From a virus (lineage: Duplodnaviria; Caudoviricetes), in IMG/VR virus record IMGVR_UViG_3300037508_001223, positions 1 through 58,070 of that record: a stretch of DNA of 58,070 nucleotides; one strand, given 5' to 3'. Under the pieces are notes generated by a model. That model searched no databases, was not told the origin of the DNA, and saw nothing but the letters and a program-made list of their open reading frames with translations. Positions 18,647 to 27,709 of this stretch are shown here, piece by piece. The number at the start of each line of letters is the position of its first letter. Position 1 is the stretch's first letter. A program made the position numbers and the translations under genes.

Positions 18647-20539
18647 ATGGTTGCTGGATGTGCTATCGCTATCGACACAGAATGTACTGGTGTCGATTTT
18701 CACAGGGGAGATCTCCCCTACTGCGTATCTGCCTGTGATTCAAACGGCAATACGTTTGTCTGGAATTTTGAAGTAGACCCGTTTACTCGAAATGTCGAGC
18801 ATTCGGCTACTACGGTTCAAGAGATCCAAGACAAAATAAACTCTTACGACTGGGTTGTGTTTCACAATTCCAAGTTCGACATACACGCCTTGAACGCGAT
18901 TGGCGTCTTTGTTCCTCCAGAAAAAATCCAAGATACACTACTGCTTTCCCATCTTTTCAATAACCGGGAAAGTCACAAGCTTAAAGACTTAGCTTACAAG
19001 TATCTGGACTTCTCAAAAGAAGACGAGGAAGCTCTTCTTGCGTGCATAGCTTCCGCTCGACGGGTAGCCAAGAAACACAACTGGAAAATCATCAAAGCCG
19101 AGAACAAAGACTTGGAAGGCGAGTCTTGGATGAAGGCGGATGGTTGGGTTCCCGCACAGCTTATCAAAGCAGGTTTGGCTGATGACGAGGAATGGGGACA
19201 CGCTCTGTCCCGTTACGCCCTTTGCGACGTTGAACGAACCATGGGGTTGTGGTTTGCATTTTGCCAGGAAGACGATCTGCTGGAGCATTATGGTAGACAG
19301 TTAAAATTGATACCTGTCTTAGTAGGCATGGAAGATCGAGGGGTTTCTCTTAGACTGAAAGTATTGAACGATAGAGTAAACCACTATAAAGAACGAAGTG
19401 ATGAGCTGCTTGGCGTAATGAGAGATATGGTAGCCAACCCGGAGTTCAATCCAGGCTCGCCTAAGCAGCTTCAAGAAGTGTTGTTTAACACGCTAGGTTT
19501 TCCGGTAATAAAAACCGGAAAGACTGGACCTAGTACCGACAAGCATGTTCTTAAACATCTTTACCAAACACGTAAGCATCCATTTTTGGACAAATTGTTG
19601 GCTTTTAGAAAGTGCATGACGACAGCGAACTATCTCGTGTCGTACCAAGAAAAGCAGCACAATGGTCGTCTGCATTCCAGCTTCAACCCAATTGGAACCG
19701 ACACAACCAGACTATCATCTTCAAACCCAAACTTACAAAACGCGGCAAAAGCCGTAGACGTTGATCCTTCCAAGCAAGACATGGAAGTCTCGAAGGACAC
19801 TTACAACATTCGAGAAGTCTTTGGACCTGCGGAAGGTCGGGTGTGGCTTGACGCGGATTACAGTCAGTTACAACTTCGAATATTCGCTTTCGTGTCTGGA
19901 GAGACTAAGCTCATTGATGCTTTCGAGGAAGGCTGGGACGCACACGACTTCGTAGCTTGCCAAGTCTACAAAACAGACAATCCCACAAAGCAGCAAAGAA
20001 CAGTAGCCAAAGGTATCAACTTTGGGTTCATCTTTGGGGCGGGCGAAAACAAGCTTACCGCTCTGTCAGGCGACCCAAGTATCTGGCAAACGGTAAATAG
20101 GCTCTTTCCCAACGCCGTAAACTACTTGGAAAGAACAAGCAAGCAAGTATCACGAGATGGTTATGTAGACGTGGCAGGATACCGACTGCATGTTCCTATT
20201 GACCCAAGAAACGGTATGCCTAAAGGCTACACTGGTGTTTGTTACAAGGTGCAAGGTTTAGAGGGCTTGATAGTTAAACGAGCTATGGTATACTGGGACG
20301 AGTACCTACAAAATCTGTGTAGGCTTACAAAGTCCCACAATCACGCTTTTTTGACTTTGCAGGTACATGATGAGTTGATCGCCGACTTCATATCTCTTCC
20401 CAGAAAAAATTTAGTTCAGCATGGAAACAACTTGAAGCGGTTGATGGAGAGGGCTGGCCGGGATTATGGTGTCGCAACACCGGCCGAGATGTCGTTAGTA
20501 ACCAAGTCTTGGGATTGCTCGGAAGAATTGAGGGAGTAG
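18647..20539 (+). CDS. polA: DNA polymerase, family A, with 3'-5' exonuclease
   Basis: Exo DTE, HNSKFD, YALCD; TTRLSSSNPNLQN; motif A DYSQLQLR, motif B R..AKGINFG, motif C QVHDEL. Confidence 0.95.
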   Translation: MVAGCAIAIDTECTGVDFHRGDLPYCVSACDSNGNTFVWNFEVDPFTRNVEHSATTVQEIQDKINSYDWVVFHNSKFDIHALNAIGVFVPPEKIQDTLLLSHLFNNRESHKLKDLAYKYLDFSKEDEEALLACIASARRVAKKHNWKIIKAENKDLEGESWMKADGWVPAQLIKAGLADDEEWGHALSRYALCDVERTMGLWFAFCQEDDLLEHYGRQLKLIPVLVGMEDRGVSLRLKVLNDRVNHYKERSDELLGVMRDMVANPEFNPGSPKQLQEVLFNTLGFPVIKTGKTGPSTDKHVLKHLYQTRKHPFLDKLLAFRKCMTTANYLVSYQEKQHNGRLHSSFNPIGTDTTRLSSSNPNLQNAAKAVDVDPSKQDMEVSKDTYNIREVFGPAEGRVWLDADYSQLQLRIFAFVSGETKLIDAFEEGWDAHDFVACQVYKTDNPTKQQRTVAKGINFGFIFGAGENKLTALSGDPSIWQTVNRLFPNAVNYLERTSKQVSRDGYVDVAGYRLHVPIDPRNGMPKGYTGVCYKVQGLEGLIVKRAMVYWDEYLQNLCRLTKSHNHAFLTLQVHDELIADFISLPRKNLVQHGNNLKRLMERAGRDYGVATPAEMSLVTKSWDCSEELRE

Positions 20540-22642
20540 ATGAGCACTCGGAACTTTGCTAATTCATTCGCATTTCATGGAGTAAACTTAGAGGTAAACA
20601 ATGAAGGAAACTTAGTAGCTGATTGCCCATTCTGTGGATCGGAGTATCACTTTTCAGTAAAAGCGGAGACTGGCCAGTGGAGGTGTTTCAAGTGCGAAGA
20701 TCTAGGCAATCGAGGAAACCTCTACACGTTCCTTAGAAGGATCTGGGAAAAATGCAGAGCCAGTACAAGTCCTGATTTGTTGCAGCATCTTTCATACTCG
20801 CGAGGAATCTCCGTAAAGACGCTTACCCGTAATGGGGTCTGCAAATCTCCTCATCTAAACAAATGGTTGATACCTGTATGGAAACTGGATACAAGCTCTG
20901 GTAATCCCTCGTTGGTCAACCTCAAGGTATGGGGCAAATGGGATGATGGAAAAAAGCCATTTATCAAGGGAACGCCTAACTGTGCTCAGCACTTATACGG
21001 TAGGTTAGTTCCAGACGATTACGACCCAAGAGTCTTACTAGCCGAAGGAGAATGGGATGCTCTTGTATTGATGGAACAGTTCCCTGAAAGAACTGTTTTA
21101 GGGGTTCCTGGAAGTGCTTCATTCAAGCCTGAATGGGCTAATTACTTTTCAGGAAAAGATGTTATCTTGTTGTACGACAATGATGAGGCCGGTCGAAATG
21201 GAACTAGGCTAGCCACTAACACACTGTACAGCTCACGTGTTCCTCCAAAGCGGATACGAGCTTTGGCATGGCCCGAAGGAACACCAGAGAAGTGGGACAT
21301 TCGAGACCAGTACAAGAAAGATTCAGAAGGATTGGAATCGTTTATCATGGAGAATTTGGTGGAAGTTATCGCCGATGACATCAACGTGGATCGAAACAGT
21401 TGGGATGAGGTTTTGGAAGACTTCCGAAACGTCTACCATGTCGATCGAACCTTTGCGGACGTTTGCACTCTAGTCGCAGCTTCCTGCGTGGCTGCCAGGG
21501 TTCCTGGAGACCCTCTGTGGATGTTTTTGGTAGGTCCGCCTTCCACAAGCAAGACAGCGATCGTAGACGCCTTCTCGTTCGACAAGGAGCACTGCGAGAC
21601 GATCAGCAAGATCACCGCCACGCAGTTAGTCTCTGGGTGGAAAGTACCCGGCTCCGACGAGGATGTCTCGATCTTCCCGCTGCTTCGTTCCCGAACGCTG
21701 CTCATCCAGGATTACACGACGATCATCGCGATGCCTTCGGCCCAGCAGGAAGACCTTTACGGAATGCTTCGGGAGGCTTATGGCGGTCGTGTACGCATCC
21801 GCTACGGCAACGGAAAGATTGTGGACCAGGAGGACGTGTACTTTTCCATGGTTGCCGCTGTTACCGATGTCATTCGCCGGGACAACAAAGCGGACCTAGG
21901 CGAGCGGTTTCTCAAGATCGAAGTTTTGGGCGACGACTACGATCCTATGGCGGTGACGCTTGCGGCCATGAACGGGGTGGTGAAGGACGCCAGCCGCACT
22001 CGTAAACTCCAGATCCTTGGGGAGTCGATCAAGAAGTTTCTGTCCTCGATCCGTGTGGACTACAACAACCTGCCCGAGATCACGGACGAGTACCGGACCC
22101 AGATCGGCAACCTCTCCTTGGTGGTGGGCTACCTGCGTGCTATCGTCCACAAAGACGGCGACGACATCTCGGTGCGTCCCCGCGCGGAGGGCGGTCCTCG
22201 TGTGGCCAAGCAGCTTGTAAAGCTGGCCATTTGCCTGCTTCTACTCCAGAAAAAAACCCGCATGGACGACGAGGTGATGCGTCTCGTCCGCAAAGCCGCA
22301 GTGGATACGGTCTGGGGCTTCTCCATGGAAGTTTGCCAGTTGATTGCCAAGTGCCAGGAGTCTGGCGGACTGACAACTGACGAGATCGCCGCCCGTCTCC
22401 AGGTCCCCAAGACCTCGCTCCGAAGAATCGTGGACGATCTGCAAAAGCTGGGAGTTCTTCATCGAGCCAAAGTGGGCAATGGGCAAGGAGCGGGTCGAGA
22501 CTCCAACCTGTGGCAGTTTAGCCCGACCTTCGGCTCCATCTGGAACTTGGCGGGGTTGACCTCTTCAGACAGGGGAAAGACTCCTCCGGCCCAGATCAAG
22601 AAACTGAAGAAGAAGGCGATCCTTGTGGAGAACGACGAATGA
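20540..22642 (+). CDS. Primase-helicase: Zn finger + TOPRIM + AAA+ (MCM-like) + winged HTH
   Basis: CPFC..CFKC, AEGEWD, YDNDEAG, Walker A GPPSTSKT, GERF, C-terminal HTH. Confidence 0.85.
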   Translation: MSTRNFANSFAFHGVNLEVNNEGNLVADCPFCGSEYHFSVKAETGQWRCFKCEDLGNRGNLYTFLRRIWEKCRASTSPDLLQHLSYSRGISVKTLTRNGVCKSPHLNKWLIPVWKLDTSSGNPSLVNLKVWGKWDDGKKPFIKGTPNCAQHLYGRLVPDDYDPRVLLAEGEWDALVLMEQFPERTVLGVPGSASFKPEWANYFSGKDVILLYDNDEAGRNGTRLATNTLYSSRVPPKRIRALAWPEGTPEKWDIRDQYKKDSEGLESFIMENLVEVIADDINVDRNSWDEVLEDFRNVYHVDRTFADVCTLVAASCVAARVPGDPLWMFLVGPPSTSKTAIVDAFSFDKEHCETISKITATQLVSGWKVPGSDEDVSIFPLLRSRTLLIQDYTTIIAMPSAQQEDLYGMLREAYGGRVRIRYGNGKIVDQEDVYFSMVAAVTDVIRRDNKADLGERFLKIEVLGDDYDPMAVTLAAMNGVVKDASRTRKLQILGESIKKFLSSIRVDYNNLPEITDEYRTQIGNLSLVVGYLRAIVHKDGDDISVRPRAEGGPRVAKQLVKLAICLLLLQKKTRMDDEVMRLVRKAAVDTVWGFSMEVCQLIAKCQESGGLTTDEIAARLQVPKTSLRRIVDDLQKLGVLHRAKVGNGQGAGRDSNLWQFSPTFGSIWNLAGLTSSDRGKTPPAQIKKLKKKAILVENDE

Positions 22643-23961
22643 GCAAGAAACGAAAAGTGGCCTCCGATGCTCCACCCCAAGGCATCCAGGAACTGGTATG
22701 GGTAGACCCTCGTACTTTGGCGGATAATCCACTCAACTGGAAGATCCATCCTGAAAGCCAACGTAAGGGACTTCGGGCAGCCATCAAGACCGATGGGTGG
22801 GCGGATGCGTTGGTCTATAACCGAGCGACCGGTCGTTTGATTGACGGGCATGGTCGTAAGGAAGAAGCCATCAACGCCGGGTGGGAGACTGTTCCCGTCT
22901 TAGTGGGCGAGTGGTCAGAGGAGGCCGAGCGCCGACTTTTGCACTCCAAAGACGTGCTTGGCTCCATGTACTCCACCCATAGCGAGAAATTCGCCAACCT
23001 GACCACGCTGGTGGCCCAAGGAAGGGACTTCCTCGACAAGGTGGACCATGAGACCAAGAAGACGCTGGAATCGTTTATGGAGCGAACTGCGGCCATTCCT
23101 GACGCCATCGACAGTGGCGACATGTCGGCCAGTCCGCTACCGCTGACCAGTCTTTCTCCCAGAAAAAAACCAGTAACAGCCCAGGATCGTCAGGAGGAAT
23201 TGGACGCCGCTGTTGAAAGATCCGAAGGGGTGGAGCAGACGGTCTTACGGGAAGACATCTTCTTCCCGGCGATCAATCCTTATGGAATTCCCGATCTGCT
23301 TTTTGATATGCTTGCTACTGTGGAAGACGTTCCTGACAGGACGTACTCCAGGACCGAGGAGTCCAGTAGCTCCACTTCCTACTACTGCCATTCGTCCCGT
23401 CCTTTCGATCGGGAGGAGCGTGGCATTACTGGAGGAGTGCTGGGCTTCTACTGTGAAGACTATCGGTTCGAGCAAGCCTATGATTCCATAGGCGACTTCG
23501 CCTTGGCTTTGCGGGATGAGAACTGGAACGCCATTGTGGCTCCAGACTTTTCGATGTACGAGGAGTGGCCTTACGCTGTGCGGCTATGGAATCTTTACCG
23601 TAGTCGTCACGTGGCAAGGTACTGGCAGGAAGTAGGAATCAAGGTAATTCCAAGCCTTTCAAGGCTGATTAGTCTGTCTCCATACACTGAAAGAAAGGCA
23701 GACTTGGGAATTGACACCATTCCCGAGTTGACGCCCGTGGTAGCTACGCAGTGTAGGACTATCCTTCAGAACGGCGGAGACTTCAAAGCTTTTGCCAATT
23801 GGTTGTCGGCCGCTATCGAGAAGATCAAACCCCAGAGAGTTATCATTTATGGCGGAAACGAGCATCAATCGCGGTTTCTCGGGTATTTGCCCAAGCAGCA
23901 TGATGGACTTCGATACATCCTGCTCAACAGCTTTATGGCCGAACGACGAAAGGGCATGTAA
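22639..23961 (+). CDS. ParB/Srx-like N-domain fused to a DUF4417-like domain
   Basis: NPLNWKIH, LIDGHGR; C-half FYCEDYRFE, APDFSMY, NLYRSR...YWQ..GIKVIP. Confidence 0.75.
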   Translation: MSKKRKVASDAPPQGIQELVWVDPRTLADNPLNWKIHPESQRKGLRAAIKTDGWADALVYNRATGRLIDGHGRKEEAINAGWETVPVLVGEWSEEAERRLLHSKDVLGSMYSTHSEKFANLTTLVAQGRDFLDKVDHETKKTLESFMERTAAIPDAIDSGDMSASPLPLTSLSPRKKPVTAQDRQEELDAAVERSEGVEQTVLREDIFFPAINPYGIPDLLFDMLATVEDVPDRTYSRTEESSSSTSYYCHSSRPFDREERGITGGVLGFYCEDYRFEQAYDSIGDFALALRDENWNAIVAPDFSMYEEWPYAVRLWNLYRSRHVARYWQEVGIKVIPSLSRLISLSPYTERKADLGIDTIPELTPVVATQCRTILQNGGDFKAFANWLSAAIEKIKPQRVIIYGGNEHQSRFLGYLPKQHDGLRYILLNSFMAERRKGM

Positions 23962-24338
23962 TGGCGAGAATGAGCAAGAAGTTCAAGAACAACGCCCAGT
24001 CGCAAACGCCTGCCAATCCACAGGAGCAGTCGGATGCGGAGCGTGTCCGAAAGTCGGGACCAAAGACCAGGAGCACTTCTGCCTCAAGTCCTCCAGGGCT
24101 TCCCGTGAGTCCGACGAACCGAACGCCAAGGAACGTGCCCAAAGAGCCTCTCCAACCACAGAGGCCCGTTCAGCCCCAGCAACCGACACAGAGGCCCAAC
24201 ATTCTTGATGCCTCTTCCAGAAAAAAACCATCTTTTGCTAGGTCAGCTAAGAAACTGGTAGTAAAGGCTGCTAACAAGGCTAAGAAGATCTTTGGCATAC
24301 TGACTGGACGCTCCAAAAAGAAGCGTGCTGGGATTTAG
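23961..24338 (+). CDS. Basic Pro/Gln/Lys-rich protein
   Basis: TAATG coupled; low-complexity basic sequence. Confidence 0.6.
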   Translation: MARMSKKFKNNAQSQTPANPQEQSDAERVRKSGPKTRSTSASSPPGLPVSPTNRTPRNVPKEPLQPQRPVQPQQPTQRPNILDASSRKKPSFARSAKKLVVKAANKAKKIFGILTGRSKKKRAGI

Positions 24339-24355
24339 TCAAAAATCCGCTTTCA

Positions 24356-24466
24356 ACTCTCCCGTCTATGCGTTATGTTGTTGCCAGCCGTCGGTCAACC
24401 CGACTCCGAGAGTACCTCGGTTCCCTCCAGATGGCGACTGGTAACACAAGCATAGAACGGGAGAGT
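24356..24466 (+). promoter_or_regulatory. Long branched RNA hairpin covering the RBS of the 24472 gene
   Basis: ACTCTCCCG/CGGGAGAGT, TCTATGC/GCATAGA, TGTTGCCAG/CTGGTAACA and CCGAG/CTCGG pairings. Confidence 0.6.
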
Positions 24467-24471
24467 GCGTA

Positions 24472-25101
24472 ATGGACGCTCGTATCTACAAGGGCAGTTT
24501 TGGCGTTGGTTCGGTTACGGCTACGGCGGGGACCGCTTTCACGGCTGTGATCCCTCCGGGTGGTTCTCGGGAGAAGACGCGGATCACCAAGCTGGCTTAC
24601 AATTCCGGCGGTACTGCCCACGCCTTGAACATCTTGAAGTGCCAGCATAAAACTGCGGCTACTTCGAATGCTGCCGCTTCCCAAGCGGACATCGTTCTTG
24701 ACGATGTGGCAACCGTGAACGAGATGGACGGTGGGGCGACCACGGAGACGTTGGCCGGTAGCGATTGGCTTGTCATCAAGCACGCCGATGGCAGCTTTGG
24801 TGCCTACTCCGTCTCTTCGATCTCCGGTTCCACGGTGACGTTGGCCTCGAACTTGGTCAAAGCGGTCGAGGCGGGCGCTCCGGTCTACAAGATGTACGAA
24901 ACGTCCCGTCCGGCTTCGGGCAAGGGTTTCGCGGCCCAGGTGCTTCGTCCCACGGTTTCCGTGACGACCACGTTTGGCTCGGAGAACGTGGAAGCGGCGG
25001 TGGCTGTGAGCAACTTCGGGGAGCCTTTGCTCCTCCACAGCGACAATGCCACGGCTGCTGGTACTTTGCTCTACGCCCAAGGCGTCTACTCGACCATCTA
25101 A
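24472..25101 (+). CDS. Ala/Thr/Gly-rich probable virion protein
   Basis: 209 aa; composition and codon bias like the head genes. Confidence 0.6.
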   Translation: MDARIYKGSFGVGSVTATAGTAFTAVIPPGGSREKTRITKLAYNSGGTAHALNILKCQHKTAATSNAAASQADIVLDDVATVNEMDGGATTETLAGSDWLVIKHADGSFGAYSVSSISGSTVTLASNLVKAVEAGAPVYKMYETSRPASGKGFAAQVLRPTVSVTTTFGSENVEAAVAVSNFGEPLLLHSDNATAAGTLLYAQGVYSTI

Positions 25102-25111
25102 GGAACTGGGT

Positions 25112-25276
25112 ATGCACTGTCGTAAAAGCAAAGCGGGTCGTCGTCAGCTCATCAAGCATGAAGAGACCCGCTACAACGCGGGGCAAGCCAAGAAGCATCT
25201 GAAGCATCACAAGGGAACCAAGATGCTGAAGAAGCAAATCGAAGCTCAAAAAGAGCGTACCGAAAAGGAAGACTAA
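25112..25276 (+). CDS. Small Lys/His-rich protein
   Basis: AGGA RBS, ATG at 25112, packed in the basic cluster. Confidence 0.55.
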   Translation: MHCRKSKAGRRQLIKHEETRYNAGQAKKHLKHHKGTKMLKKQIEAQKERTEKED

Positions 25277-25277
25277 T

Positions 25278-25826
25278 ATGGCTTCTCGAAAAGTACAGGC
25301 AAAGATAGTTAGGATGCTACAAGGAAAAGTCGCTGGTTACTACGATCGAAAAAAATATCCTGCTTTACGGTCTGCACACAACAAACAGGCTAAAGACTAT
25401 CTGCAAACTACGAAAAGCAGAGTTCCCAAAACTAAGTCATTAGCACGACGATTGCTAGACAAAGGTCGAAAAATAATCGGTCTGCCCGATAAAGACACTG
25501 TAATTAAGGAAAATCGTAGCGATACTGCCAGACATATAAAATCGTCTAAAAATTTAGCAAAGTCGGAGGCTAAGTTTAAGAAAACCATGGCTAGGGTGTC
25601 CGCCTGGGAAGCTAGGATAGCTCGACATTCTGAAAAAAGAAATGAAATTTCTTCACAACGGTCAGCTAGAATTGCTAAAGGTTTTGAACCCAGTAAGGCT
25701 TACAAAAGAAAAATGGCAAAAATACTAGGTCGAAAACCTACTGAACCTAGTTCTAAGCCCCTTGAAAGAAAAACTGCGGTAAAAGCTAAGCCTTCTCAAA
25801 AGGCTAAGCGAATGGGTATGAAATAG
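25278..25826 (+). CDS. Highly basic Lys/Arg-rich protein
   Basis: 182 aa; N-terminus paralogous to the next gene. Confidence 0.75.
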   Translation: MASRKVQAKIVRMLQGKVAGYYDRKKYPALRSAHNKQAKDYLQTTKSRVPKTKSLARRLLDKGRKIIGLPDKDTVIKENRSDTARHIKSSKNLAKSEAKFKKTMARVSAWEARIARHSEKRNEISSQRSARIAKGFEPSKAYKRKMAKILGRKPTEPSSKPLERKTAVKAKPSQKAKRMGMK

Positions 25827-25843
25827 CAAAAAAGAAGGCTAAT

Positions 25844-26146
25844 ATGGCTTCTCGAAAAGTACAGGCAAAGATTGCCAGACTCTTGCAAGACAAGACTCTA
25901 GGCGCTCGTTATCGAAAGACTAACGAGATGGGTTATCGAACCCGTCAAAATAAAGCCGCCAAGAACTACTTGAAGGCTACCAAGACCAGTCCTGTAATGG
26001 CGGCTACTGAAAAAGGCGGTAACATCCGCAAAAAAGCCGCCCAAGACATTAAGAGTATGCGATACGCCCACGCTAGGAACCGTGCGCATCAAAAGGCTGG
26101 TGTTGGCTTTGGGGCTGGCGAATACAAGTCTCCCATGCGAGGGTAG
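25844..26146 (+). CDS. Highly basic protein, paralog of 25278
   Basis: Shares CTAATATGGCTTCTCGAAAAGTACAGGCAAAGAT and MASRKVQAKI. Confidence 0.75.
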   Translation: MASRKVQAKIARLLQDKTLGARYRKTNEMGYRTRQNKAAKNYLKATKTSPVMAATEKGGNIRKKAAQDIKSMRYAHARNRAHQKAGVGFGAGEYKSPMRG

Positions 26147-26150
26147 TTAA

Positions 26151-26789
26151 ATGGATCGAAAAGTAGCCCTAAACGCTCATCTTGATAGGTTGAATCGAGG
26201 TGAAGCTCGGAAAGTTCAAGCTGCTAAAAAAGCAGGCGGAAGCTACACCCCAAAGAAGTTCAAAATCACCTCCGCCAAAGAAGCCAAAAAGAACCCGGAA
26301 CATGTTGTTCTAAACTTAGGGTCTAAAACCAAGACAGGTTACAAAACCCAGTTAGGTAAAGGCGCTAAGCTACTGCGAGGGCAAAAAGTAGCTCCAAATA
26401 TCAAAACTTCTGGTCAAACACAAAGAAAAATCAAAGCCATTCAGAAGCACAAAGAAAAAGGGCTTACTTACACTTCTCGGGACAGTGGCCATGCCCATAT
26501 TGATAGACATCTTACCTTAAAAAATATGGGTAAGAAAGTATCGTACAAAAAAACACTTCACGAAGCTACTAGGCACTTGAAAAGCGGATTAAAGTATAAC
26601 TATCGAGGCAAAGATAGCTTGAAGAGCACTCAAAAAGCTAGACTTCGCAGAAAAAACTTCGTCGCCAAAGCTGCTGGAAAAGCGAAAAAAATACCTAATA
26701 GTATTTTTGGGGACATTAAACGATTTACCAATAATCTTAGACGCGATGTAGGGCTTGATAGCTATGACCCAAAAAGATACTATGAATGA
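26151..26789 (+). CDS. Highly basic Lys-rich protein
   Basis: 212 aa, very K/R rich. Confidence 0.75.
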   Translation: MDRKVALNAHLDRLNRGEARKVQAAKKAGGSYTPKKFKITSAKEAKKNPEHVVLNLGSKTKTGYKTQLGKGAKLLRGQKVAPNIKTSGQTQRKIKAIQKHKEKGLTYTSRDSGHAHIDRHLTLKNMGKKVSYKKTLHEATRHLKSGLKYNYRGKDSLKSTQKARLRRKNFVAKAAGKAKKIPNSIFGDIKRFTNNLRRDVGLDSYDPKRYYE

Positions 26790-26835
26790 CGCTATCCTCC
26801 AGGGTATTAATAATAAACTTAAATAGGTACAAGCC

Positions 26836-27108
26836 ATGAGTAGAGGATCTTCCTATCTTCGCCGTCTCAACGCCCAAGCAAAGAAGTCCAAGGGCGGTGC
26901 GGGCAAGAACCCACATGCTGTGGCTTTAGGCAGCAAGGGTGGTCGCCTTGGCGGACCTGCCCGTGCCAGAGCCTTGTCCAAGAAGCGACGTACCGAGATT
27001 GCGGTAATGGGCGGCAAGGCACGGCAAGGGGCTTACGAAGGCAACGTCCGAGGCTCCTCGGAGCGTAAAGCCGCCCGCAAACGATTCAAGCAGACAGGGA
27101 AGCAGTAG
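26836..27108 (+). CDS. Small basic Gly/Lys/Arg-rich (KGG-type) protein
   Basis: KNPHAVALGSKGG..GGPARARALS..RRTEIA motif. Confidence 0.75.
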   Translation: MSRGSSYLRRLNAQAKKSKGGAGKNPHAVALGSKGGRLGGPARARALSKKRRTEIAVMGGKARQGAYEGNVRGSSERKAARKRFKQTGKQ

Positions 27109-27110
27109 CC

Positions 27111-27392
27111 ATGGACCGCAAGCCTTACAAGGGATTCAACCCACGCAAGAATCATCCTGAAGGCGGGCTAAAGCCTAGCTACGCCAAGAAGCTTGGAATT
27201 CATGCGGGAGTTGAAACCAAAAGGGAAGCGGAGCGTAAGGGAGGAGTCAAGAATCTCTCCCCCAAGACAGCGGCCAGGAGGAAGTCATTCTGTGCTCGTA
27301 TGAAGGGGATGAAAGCCAAGAACACCTCGGCCAAGACAGCCAACGACCCCAACAGCAAGATCAACGCATCCTTACGGGTGTGGAAGTGCTAG
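27111..27392 (+). CDS. Small basic conserved phage protein
   Basis: RRKSFCARMKGM...DPNSKINASLRVWKC, a motif I recognise from other phages. Confidence 0.75.
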   Translation: MDRKPYKGFNPRKNHPEGGLKPSYAKKLGIHAGVETKREAERKGGVKNLSPKTAARRKSFCARMKGMKAKNTSAKTANDPNSKINASLRVWKC

Positions 27393-27435
27393 CTTGAGCG
27401 GTCAAGCTCGGATCACCTTGAGCGGTCAAGCTCGG
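27391..27435. repeat. Tandem near-palindromes CTTGAGCGGTCAAG(CTCGG)
   Basis: Two copies here; a perfect version is at 37666-37685. Confidence 0.8.
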
Positions 27436-27457
27436 TAGCCATCCCGCCCGCCCTCAT

Positions 27458-27490
27458 ACAGCCTTGGACTTTCCAGGGCTGTTTCTATTT
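27458..27490 (+). terminator. Rho-independent terminator
   Basis: ACAGCCTTGG/CCAGGGCTGT stem followed by TTCTATTT. Confidence 0.75.
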
Positions 27491-27645
27491 GCATAGGTAT
27501 GCGTATTCCCATACATACCTATTCCAGTATGTTCTCTCTTTCTTCTTCCTTTTCCCTCGTCATACACACAATTATACAGATCCGATTTTCGAGGTCAAGG
27601 CCACGTCGCCTTTTTCTCCCAGAAAATAATTTTCTTAGTCTATAG

Positions 27646-27673
27646 TTGACAGCAACAAGACTCCGAATAGAAT
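27646..27673 (+). promoter_or_regulatory. Sigma70-type promoter, first of a series (also 29262, 30484, 31499, 32631, 33390, 33930, 35011, 36696)
   Basis: TTGACA-16-TAGAAT; the others are T(T/A)GAC-16/18-TAnnnT, each just upstream of a gene start. Confidence 0.7.
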
Positions 27674-27709
27674 TTGGACATCGCAACCAATTCTACCTAG
27701 GAGCTTAAC

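Noticed and set aside
17826-18678. Short ORFs called across the RNA array
   Set aside because: They overlap a clear tRNA and structured elements and lack RBS or protein motifs
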